Part shown: positions 17,114 through 24,269 of the stretch, in pieces
Layout: every line of letters begins with the position of its first letter
Numbering within the stretch: position 1 is the stretch's first letter
Assembly (NCBI GenBank): GCA_016198325.1
Contig: JACQIV010000028.1
Span: 1 to 40,381 of the forward strand
Length of the DNA stretch: 40,381 bases
Origin: Candidatus Curtissbacteria bacterium
GTDB taxonomy: Bacteria > Patescibacteriota > Microgenomatia > Curtissbacterales > GWA2-41-24
Direction of reading: 5' to 3'
Notes under the pieces: model-generated
Told to the model about the DNA's origin: nothing
What the model saw: the letters and a program-made list of their open reading frames with translations, nothing else
The model's database searches: none
Translations under genes and position numbers: made by a program

Positions 17114-17174
17114 GAGGGAAATTATACTTTAATAAGCATGTTATCTCGAGTTTCAGGTAACCTTTATTGAAAAC

Positions 17175-17203
17175 TAGACAAAATTTCACAATTATAGTAT
17201 ACT
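17175..17203 (+). promoter_or_regulatory. Sigma-70-like promoter (TAGACA - 17 nt - TATACT) placed for a near-leaderless transcript
   Basis: -35 at 17175-17180, -10 at 17198-17203, ATG at 17214 only 10 nt after the -10 box. No Shine-Dalgarno sequence. Confidence 0.5.
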
Positions 17204-17213
17204 ATAGGCTAAC

Positions 17214-18074
17214 ATGACGGAACGACAAACTAATGGATTTTCATCGATTGAAGTTGCATCGCCTCCAGTCAGAAAAAGAGGACGTTATGCGATACCTGGA
17301 CCCCATCCTGAAACACTTACCTTTCTTGTTGATGTAACACAAAGTAAATTATACGAAAATCTTGATGCGAGAAGAAGAAATTTAATTGGAATTTACTATG
17401 GTTCACAAGCTACTTTAGAAGACCTTGTCCAGGTAGCCCAAGTTACGTCTAGAAAGAGTGTAAGGCAACTGATTATCTCAGGCATGGAAGAACTCTGGAG
17501 AAATCTCCCTTCCGATTTACAAGAAAAACATCCCAGGGAGAAAGTTATTAAATTCAAAAAAAGGTTCGACCACCGTGCAAAAGAAAGAATGAGCAAATCA
17601 CGCACGTTTTATTGGCAAGATCATGTTCGTAGAGACTCCATAAGCGAAAGATTAAAATCAATAAATGAAGAAAGGAGTCCTTCCAACGAGGCGAGGAGGT
17701 TAATGAGTGCAGCATCTAAAAGGATGTGGCAAAATCCCGAATATAGATCTAGGATAACTGAGGCCACTAAAAGGATGTGGCAAAATCCCGAATATAGAGA
17801 TCGGATGAGCAGAATTGTTCAAAACCGTGTTGTTTCGCCAGAAACAAGAGCTAAGCTTAAAGAAATACTCAGTGAAATATATTCCGCACCGGAAATGCGA
17901 GTTAAGTTAGATGAAGCCCGCGAAATGGCCCGAACACCAGAATCAAGAGATAAGATGAGTAAAGCTCGTAAATCTTTATGGCAAGACCCGGTATTAAGAG
18001 AAATCATGATTGAAGCAATGAGAGAAGGCTGGAAAAGAAAGAAGGCAGCTGTCAAAGGACAATATATGATTTAG
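17214..18074 (+). CDS. Putative DNA-binding protein: N-terminal HTH-like region plus an array of NUMOD3-like short repeats
   Basis: 286 aa. Repeated units of the form S.E.R..MS.A.K..WQNPEYR..M occur at least 5 times. Two units are encoded by identical 32-nt DNA repeats (17716-17747 and 17767-17798). Confidence 0.6.
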   Translation: MTERQTNGFSSIEVASPPVRKRGRYAIPGPHPETLTFLVDVTQSKLYENLDARRRNLIGIYYGSQATLEDLVQVAQVTSRKSVRQLIISGMEELWRNLPSDLQEKHPREKVIKFKKRFDHRAKERMSKSRTFYWQDHVRRDSISERLKSINEERSPSNEARRLMSAASKRMWQNPEYRSRITEATKRMWQNPEYRDRMSRIVQNRVVSPETRAKLKEILSEIYSAPEMRVKLDEAREMARTPESRDKMSKARKSLWQDPVLREIMIEAMREGWKRKKAAVKGQYMI

Positions 18075-18362
18075 TAGTCATTTTCATTAGAAGTTGGAAA
18101 GAAACAAGAGTTTATAGGTATTCGCAAAAGTCTTCGTTTTTAAGGAAATAATCTTCTCTTCGGAACCTCAGTCGATACTATCCTTCCAAACATATCTCTG
18201 CCAGAAATTATTCTTTCTTTCCTCAATTTTGGTAGACGAAATTTAATCTCAAACGGAATATATCCAGCCAGGAAATGTTCATTTACATCCTGACTGTCCA
18301 ACGGAAAGATTCATGAGAAAATTGTAGCAAATTCAACCAGGTCCATTTTTTTTACCTCTTCC

Positions 18363-18842
18363 CTACCTCACTACCAGTCTTCCCCGCATACCCAAATTCC
18401 TTTGGTCTGCAACGGACGAAAAGTATTCATAACTTCCCGGTCTGTCTGCCACAAACTCGATTGTTTCCTCCTCACCGGGCGAAAGAACCCTGGTTGATAC
18501 GTTGAACTCCTTTATTGTCCAGGTGTGCTCTCCCCTGTTAACCTTAAAAGTCACCCTCACTCTATCGTATGCCTCAACCTCCATCTCTTTAACCGTAAAA
18601 TTAAACCCCTCGTTTTCCATTAAAAATTCCTTTGTATTTTCATTCACTTCCGCTTGCGAAATAACCGGCGGAGTCCCGCTTTTGGTAACCGGAGACGGAG
18701 AGGTAACCGGAATGATTACGGGGCTCGGCTCCCGTCTTGATACCGGTGAAACAAGCCCAATAAATAACTTAATTGCAAAAACCACAAGAAGAATTATGAA
18801 AATAAGACCAATGAAGGCAGCAATAAAGACCCGTTTGTCCAT
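18363..18842 (-). CDS. Membrane-anchored cupredoxin-fold-like protein (copper ligands apparently not conserved)
   Basis: 159 aa. An N-terminal TM segment and a Pro/Ser linker are followed by ...V.F.V..GEHTW.I.EF......L.PGEEETIEF.ADRPGSYEYFSSVADQRNLGMRGRLVV, which resembles the plastocyanin/amicyanin C-terminal pattern with Ser where Cys is expected. Confidence 0.5.
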   Translation of the reverse strand: MDKRVFIAAFIGLIFIILLVVFAIKLFIGLVSPVSRREPSPVIIPVTSPSPVTKSGTPPVISQAEVNENTKEFLMENEGFNFTVKEMEVEAYDRVRVTFKVNRGEHTWTIKEFNVSTRVLSPGEEETIEFVADRPGSYEYFSSVADQRNLGMRGRLVVR

Positions 18843-18901
18843 ATTATAGGATCAAACTATACCTCATTAAGGCTAAAAGTACAAAATTTTGTGAAAAAGG
18901 A

Positions 18902-19276
18902 TTAGGTGGAACCTTGCGATAAAAGCTTCTTTACCTTCTGAACCAACTGGCCCGGAGTGGTGTCTACTTTCATCAGGTAATCAACAACACCCATGTCATA
19001 CGCAATTTTTTCTTCCCCTCCCAAGTTGGTTAGAATAATAACCGGTATATCTTTCGTACGCACGTCCTTCTTGAGAAATTCCAAAGCCTCAAAACCATTC
19101 ATATCACCCGGCAGCATGATATCAAGGATTATAAGATCAAATTTAGATTGCCTGGATGTAACAAGAGCAGATTTACCCTTCGTTTCTCCCACTACTTCGT
19201 AACCCTCGGAGGTGAATTCCTCTTTATATAGATCCAAAAGCGCCTTATCGTCTTCTATTATCAGGATTCTGCTCAC
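18902..19276 (-). CDS. Stand-alone response regulator receiver (CheY-like) protein
   Basis: 124 aa. ILIIEDD at the N-terminus, the phospho-acceptor context DLIILDIMLPG, then T and K motifs. No output domain. Confidence 0.85.
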   Translation of the reverse strand: MSRILIIEDDKALLDLYKEEFTSEGYEVVGETKGKSALVTSRQSKFDLIILDIMLPGDMNGFEALEFLKKDVRTKDIPVIILTNLGGEEKIAYDMGVVDYLMKVDTTPGQLVQKVKKLLSQGST

Positions 19277-19327
19277 ACATCTAGTTTATCCCATCCATGC
19301 AAGAATGCGGGATAACGGGCAGTTCAA

Positions 19328-19386
19328 ACAAGGTCCGACCCTGTTCCTCGACGGCCAACTGTCGAGTCCCCGGAGTCGGACCTTGT
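19328..19386. repeat. Type-1 59-nt palindromic repeat (copy B), intergenic
   Basis: Outer arms ACAAGGTCCGAC/GTCGGACCTTGT (12 bp) and inner stem CTCGAC/GTCGAG. It lies between 19390..19725 and the response regulator gene. Confidence 0.85.
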
Positions 19387-19389
19387 ACC

Positions 19390-19725
19390 TTAATTTCTTT
19401 TAACCTTTTTGATATCTTCCTTTAGTTGAGATTTAATCTGTTTTGCCGTATCTGTTATTTTCTCTTCTATTTTTTCAACTTTGGAATTTAAATGCTCCCA
19501 GATTTTTTCGTCCTCCCCTAAAGCCATAAGCTCCAAAAACTTTTTTTTATCAGAATCGGTGAGATGGAAAAGTATCGTATCGATTATTGCCGCGTGTAAA
19601 TTAATATGCGCAAGGTCCATAAGCTCCTCTTTCTCGCTGCCGGATACAGTTGTCAAGCCAAGATCAGTTTCAAGATCCTCCAGGCTAACAAGTTGGCTGT
19701 AAAAATGTTTCGGTCGCGACTTCAT
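19390..19725 (-). CDS. Hypothetical helical protein
   Basis: 111-aa ORF whose start overlaps the upstream gene's stop by 4 nt. No recognisable domain. Confidence 0.5.
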   Translation of the reverse strand: MKSRPKHFYSQLVSLEDLETDLGLTTVSGSEKEELMDLAHINLHAAIIDTILFHLTDSDKKKFLELMALGEDEKIWEHLNSKVEKIEEKITDTAKQIKSQLKEDIKKVKRN

Positions 19726-20633
19726 AGCTTTACCGGTCCTAATGGAATGGTATCACTTGGGTCGTCTATAAAAAAATACAATACTCCCCCTTTTCTCGAG
19801 CCGCTTCCCAGACCAAGGTGGTACATTACTTCCGGAGACCCTCCAAGGTGTTTACCGGTCCACTCGGCAGGCCCGGCATCACCAATAACCGTAACTATTG
19901 CTTGCCCTGCCTTAGGATTAACAAGGAGCATCTTGCGGAATTTAAAAAACCCGCGGTAATCGGAAAGGCGCGTGTTATATTCCGGTGCCAAAAAAGTCTG
20001 GACGGCTATATACCACCTTTCCCTTTCAACATCTTTTTGAGTCATATTCTGTCCCGCTCTTGTGAAATATCCCCAAGCTCCTCTACCCGGAGCCATTCCC
20101 GAAGAATAGATCATTTTATTGGCAACTTCTGAAGGACTTAGATGGGTTGCCATCGTGTCTCCCGGATATCTCATTAAATGCTGTTCCGCACCGATTACCC
20201 CATACGTACGATTCAAACGCAACCCGTTAATTTCATGCCTTACCTCCATCCCAAAAGTCCGCGATAAAATTTCATCAAGCTTGCCTTCCTCGTCTACCGT
20301 CAGCGGGCGAACCTGTTGGGGCAGCGCAGACTTAAGTTCATCCAGTAGCGCTTGTTTTTTATCAATTGGTGCTATCTCTGCCACTGCCTCCTCTTTTGGC
20401 CTAATTACTTGGTTGGTAGCAGCAGCCAGTGCGTTAGAAGCAGGCAAAGAAGAAGCAAGCATTGCAAGCCCAACTGCAGCCGGGGCAATTTTCTCCTTGT
20501 CCGGCAAAATATCGGAGACAAATTCCAGTGCCTCCTTGTGTTTTTGATGAAGTGCAGCCTTGGCTTGCTTATGCCTAACAAGCCATTTTTTCCGAAGAAC
20601 TTGATACTGGGATTTTTGCCTTTTCCCTGGCAC
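19722..20633 (-). CDS. Hypothetical secreted/anchored protein; C-terminal part weakly RlpA/DPBB-like
   Basis: 303 aa. The segment LLVNPKAGQAIVTVIGDAGPAEWTGKHLGGSPEVMYHLGL resembles the V.V.DRGP....DLS..A...LG core of double-psi beta-barrel proteins. The assignment is weak. Confidence 0.55.
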   Translation of the reverse strand: MPGKRQKSQYQVLRKKWLVRHKQAKAALHQKHKEALEFVSDILPDKEKIAPAAVGLAMLASSLPASNALAAATNQVIRPKEEAVAEIAPIDKKQALLDELKSALPQQVRPLTVDEEGKLDEILSRTFGMEVRHEINGLRLNRTYGVIGAEQHLMRYPGDTMATHLSPSEVANKMIYSSGMAPGRGAWGYFTRAGQNMTQKDVERERWYIAVQTFLAPEYNTRLSDYRGFFKFRKMLLVNPKAGQAIVTVIGDAGPAEWTGKHLGGSPEVMYHLGLGSGSRKGGVLYFFIDDPSDTIPLGPVKL

Positions 20634-20708
20634 GGACTAATTATAGAGCAGCCAAGCCAAATGATAAAAGCTAACAAAAAGTCCGGAATTGGTATTTAAT
20701 TAATATAG

Positions 20709-21041
20709 ATGGAAGAAGTTCCAACACTTTGTCCAAATTGCAAAAATATCATTTCGCAAATAGATATCTCTTGCCCTAAATGCGGGAAAAAGGTAAAAGA
20801 CACTTCCCTTACAACCGGCATTCAAAAACAATTCTTTCTTTATTTTCTCAGTTTTTTCCTGCCGTATTTTGCCATATGGCCGGCAATAAAATATTTAAGG
20901 CAACCAAACCCAACTTCCAAAAAAGTCGGTGTAGTTGCCATAATCTTAATAATTACCTCACTTTTGCTTTCGGTGTACTTCACCAAAACATTACTAAATT
21001 CCCTAAACAGCAAGCTGGACTATTACCGGGGATTAAATTAA
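20709..21041 (+). CDS. Zinc-ribbon membrane protein
   Basis: 110 aa. CPNC...x...CPKCG at the N-terminus followed by two TM segments. Confidence 0.6.
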   Translation: MEEVPTLCPNCKNIISQIDISCPKCGKKVKDTSLTTGIQKQFFLYFLSFFLPYFAIWPAIKYLRQPNPTSKKVGVVAIILIITSLLLSVYFTKTLLNSLNSKLDYYRGLN

Positions 21042-21158
21042 ATATTTTTTTAGAATAGCTTAACTTTAGAAGCTGATTATATAGGAACAATCTACTTTTT
21101 TTCTTTCTTTTCAAAAACAATTGCATTTCCAAGCTTCCCAGATTAAAATCCCAAAATA

Positions 21159-21998
21159 ATGCAGAAGGAATCATCAAAAGTCGGACCTTTTATCAGAACT
21201 GCAGCTGTCTTAGGTGTTCTAACGTCAGGCTTTTTCATACGGGAGAATCCCAATACCTTCGCCCAGGAGGATAAACAGGCTCAAAGCTTCGCACTCGACA
21301 TGGATCCGGACGCAAGTCCGGCAAATACACCCGCATCTCTCGGTTCCCGCGAAATATGTGCACAAATTATTAATAATAATCTCCTCGATGCTGACGAGGA
21401 TGGCATAGACGGAGTTGATTTCGATATTACGGCGCAAAATATCCCCGAAAGTACAAAAATGATTGCTTTTTCCTTTACTCTGGATTATCCGCCGCAAAAT
21501 TTAATAATTACGGAAAAAAATACAAACGGACTTTTAGGCACCGCCCCGGATTACTCAAAGTTTGATGCAAGCCTCTCTCTTCCGGATTCCAGCGGAAGTT
21601 ACACCGTCAGCGTTGCCGATCTTTCTACTCAGGGTGTGTCCGGTTCGGGATTCTTGACTCGCATCAGGGCAAAAGCAACCGATAATACCATCAAGGGTAA
21701 CTTTGCCTTAATCCTTTCGGGAGCTGCTCATATCGACCGTAATAATGGAGTATGGCCGCCAAAAAACTTGGAAAATAGCCAGATTGCCATAAACGAAGAA
21801 TGCGGCGCATCACCGGTAACAACTCCCCCATCCGTCGAAATACAAACTCCGGATGTTCCTACAGAAAAACCGCTCGAATTTCCTTCAACCGGTGGACAGC
21901 CACAAAAAAATGTTTCCCGCCTTGGTTTACTCTCAATCTTTTCCGGTGCGCTAATAATTGTCTCCGGATTAAAAATTATTAGAAAAAACAGAAGTTAG
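21159..21998 (+). CDS. Secreted surface protein with LPXTG-like C-terminal sorting signal (FPSTGG + TM + RKNRS)
   Basis: 279 aa. Signal peptide, then a cohesin-like beta-rich middle region. The C-terminus LEFPSTGGQP...LLSIFSGALIIVSGLKIIRKNRS has the architecture of a sortase substrate. Confidence 0.65.
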   Translation: MQKESSKVGPFIRTAAVLGVLTSGFFIRENPNTFAQEDKQAQSFALDMDPDASPANTPASLGSREICAQIINNNLLDADEDGIDGVDFDITAQNIPESTKMIAFSFTLDYPPQNLIITEKNTNGLLGTAPDYSKFDASLSLPDSSGSYTVSVADLSTQGVSGSGFLTRIRAKATDNTIKGNFALILSGAAHIDRNNGVWPPKNLENSQIAINEECGASPVTTPPSVEIQTPDVPTEKPLEFPSTGGQPQKNVSRLGLLSIFSGALIIVSGLKIIRKNRS

Positions 21999-22648
21999 TC
22001 TTCAAGGGGACCTTCTAGCGTCGCCTCTGTGCTTGCTGCCTGCCCGGTTAATGCTTCTATTGCCCCTTTAGAAAGATCCATTAGCAGTCCGTTTGCGTCA
22101 CAGCCTGGACAGGTATCTTTTATTACTACCTCGATGCATGAATCGTGATCGCAAACACGTACCCTATCCCCGCATTTAAATGGTGAGCTGTTGGGTCTTG
22201 CCGCCGTAGTTGGGTCATAAGGATCAAAGGCCTCCCCCGTACAACCAAGAGTGTCATTCAATCCGTAACCATCGTCTACACCATAATAGGTAATCCTTCC
22301 GCTTAACAAATACGGGCCACTTTTAGGCATTTCGATAGTGCCGGAGGTCGCAATTTCCCGGGCCGGTTCTAAGGGTGTCTCTATTGAGGCAGGTTTAGTC
22401 AAGGGCGTCGGTGACGGTTGAACAAACCGCTCTTCTTTATGGTCTAAAGCCAACATTATTTTATCGTCCGGATCCGGATTATTTATCTCCCGTCTCGCCG
22501 TAATATTATTGGAACTGTCCATACCTCTGGCTTCGATCAAACCGTTCACCGCATAAAACACGGTACCTATCATCATTCCGCTAAAAACCACTCGGGCTAC
22601 TAATTCCTTAGGTTTCAAAAATATTCCTTCTTGTTTCTCTCTCTCCAT
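21995..22648 (-). CDS. RlpA-like double-psi beta-barrel (DPBB/3D-type) protein, membrane anchored
   Basis: 217 aa. GRITYYG.DDGYG.....GCTGE.FDP...TAA......F.CGDRVRV...D.CIEVVIKD.CPGC.....MDLS.GA.EAL. An AGAGGA Shine-Dalgarno sequence lies upstream. Confidence 0.7.
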   Translation of the reverse strand: MEREKQEGIFLKPKELVARVVFSGMMIGTVFYAVNGLIEARGMDSSNNITARREINNPDPDDKIMLALDHKEERFVQPSPTPLTKPASIETPLEPAREIATSGTIEMPKSGPYLLSGRITYYGVDDGYGLNDTLGCTGEAFDPYDPTTAARPNSSPFKCGDRVRVCDHDSCIEVVIKDTCPGCDANGLLMDLSKGAIEALTGQAASTEATLEGPLED

Positions 22649-22732
22649 TTATTTTTCCTCTTATAAATAGAGAGTGTGCTAAAACTCCGCGCCAAAACTC
22701 CGGCCAAAGGTCAAAATACGGGGGAAATAGAC

Positions 22733-22758
22733 AAAAAAAGCCTCGCGACAAACGAGGC
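22733..22758 (-). terminator. Rho-independent terminator on the minus strand (GCCTCG-loop-CGAGGC followed by U7)
   Basis: Stem 22740-22745/22753-22758 with a 7-nt loop. An A7 run on the + strand at 22733-22739 gives a U-tract on the - strand. Confidence 0.6.
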
Positions 22759-22818
22759 CAAGAATTTACAAATCATTTCCCCAAAAAGCAAAAAGCCTCT
22801 TTTTGGGTGTCCTAAATT

Positions 22819-23266
22819 TTAGTCAGACCCTTCCTTGGCACCCGTCGCCCCGCTTTCCCGCGGGGATCGGGTTGTCGGATGCTTAAAACCTACCCTTCAT
22901 CGCTGTTTGATTACAGCTGCGAAGTACACTACTTGAGTGGATTTACCCGTATTTGTTTCGGGTAGAAGGTAGATTTTGCGCAGGAAGTATTATGCGCGCT
23001 TATTCCCTCGCCTGGTGGCGAAGAACAGTTCTAGCATCACTCTTTTTTTCGAACTTGTTCGAAAAAAGTTCTACTTATTTAATTGTTAACTCTGAATATT
23101 CTACCCGAAAACGAATATTGAATCAACCCCTTAGGATTGTCCCAAGGCTCCAATTTCGAATATTTTACTTCTGGAAGAATAGCCGGATATTAACCGGATT
23201 TGTGACTTGGAATCTTCGTCCCTCTCTCCCCAATAAGCAATTCGCCCGCACATCCTGAAAATTATA
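22819..23266 (-). other. Promoter-driven gene-free unit: either a decayed SRAP-like (MCGR...) CDS or an uncharacterised ncRNA
   Basis: Minus-strand TATAAT at 23266-23261 lies 7 nt upstream of the ATG at 23253. That ATG opens only a 40-codon ORF, MCGRIAYWGERDEDSKSQIRLISGYSSRSKIFEIGALGQS. Downstream frames are riddled with stops. The terminator at 22733-22758 closes the unit. Confidence 0.35.
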
Positions 23267-23333
23267 CATTAGAGAGTAAAGCAGTTGAGCTTGTGAAAAG
23301 AAACATACATATTGCAGCGGGTGTAAAACGGTT

Positions 23334-23354
23334 GAACGAGGACTGTCCTCGTTC
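23334..23354. repeat. Type-2 palindrome GAACGAGGAC-T-GTCCTCGTTC (single unit)
   Basis: Perfect 10-bp arms, located 12 nt beyond the stop of the Cas4-like gene. Confidence 0.85.
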
Positions 23355-23365
23355 TAACAAGCTTT

Positions 23366-24118
23366 TTATTCAACTTCGGAAGCAGCTTCGCGGTATTTGC
23401 AGAAATCGCAATCGTCGCCGGGCTTGGGAAGTTTATCGTTTTTAAGGCATTCGATTGCGGAAAGAATTACCCCTTCCACCCAATCGGTGTTACCTTCGTA
23501 TGGAATTACCTTAATATCAAATTCCAGTTTTGCGTCAAACGCTTCTTTATCGGCGCGTCCGTTGCAGTAAACAAAATACCCCGTGTCGCTAACTTTATGT
23601 CCGTTTTTGGCAAACAACCACTGGTAAATTTCCATCTGCCGCTTGTACCCTATCTGCCACTCGGCATCCAGAGTTACTTCATCTTCTTTGCTGGTCGCTT
23701 TGTAATCTACAATAATAAACTCCCCTTTTGGATTAACCCAGACATCATCTACCCCGCCTGTGACAATCACGTTTGAGTGATCGATTCGGAATGTGATGCC
23801 GGCACGTAGTGAATCGCGCCATTCGTCTATTTTTTCGTGAGCAAGCGGAATTGCGTCCACTTTATAATGTTTCATTAAAGGATGCGCCGTACCTTTTGCG
23901 CGGTGGATATCAAATTCTTTTTTTAGTAACTTATCTACTGCGGAATTTAAGGAAAAAGGATAACCCGGGGGTTGAGCTACTCCAAGGCGTCTATCCAAAT
24001 AAAAACATCGCGGACAATTTATATAAAGGTCGATTTTACTGCGGCTTAAACGGAAGGTATCTTTAGATGAAGGGTCAAAAAGATTCCGTGTTCTTTTGGG
24101 ATTATAATAATCGCTCAT
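23366..24118 (-). CDS. PD-(D/E)XK nuclease, Cas4/RecB-like with Cys cluster (orphan; no cas genes in the window)
   Basis: 250 aa. Contains LYINCPRCFYL (N-terminal Cys motif), GGVDDV (Asp), IIVDYKAT (D-x-K), QMEIYQWL (QxxxY) and a C-terminal CDFCKY. Confidence 0.75.
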   Translation of the reverse strand: MSDYYNPKRTRNLFDPSSKDTFRLSRSKIDLYINCPRCFYLDRRLGVAQPPGYPFSLNSAVDKLLKKEFDIHRAKGTAHPLMKHYKVDAIPLAHEKIDEWRDSLRAGITFRIDHSNVIVTGGVDDVWVNPKGEFIIVDYKATSKEDEVTLDAEWQIGYKRQMEIYQWLFAKNGHKVSDTGYFVYCNGRADKEAFDAKLEFDIKVIPYEGNTDWVEGVILSAIECLKNDKLPKPGDDCDFCKYREAASEVE

Positions 24119-24269
24119 AACTATTACTTTTTATTTTTCTTTGGTTTCCTAATTTCCCTTTTTTGTTTTCCCTGGCTATGTGCCACAAAAACCACCTTCC
24201 TTCCCCATTATTATATATTACAACTACCTAAGAAAAACTTATTTAAAAGAAGAGACCTTGTCGGGGGAG

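Noticed and set aside
22649-23333. tmRNA or RNase P RNA in the large non-coding gap.
   Set aside because: On either strand I found no tRNA-like 3' end (T-arm GGTTCGANTCC plus acceptor), no GGGG...TTCGAC 5' end and no plausible ...LAA tag frame. The RNase P blocks GAGGAAAGTCC and ACAGAANCCGGCTTA are also absent.
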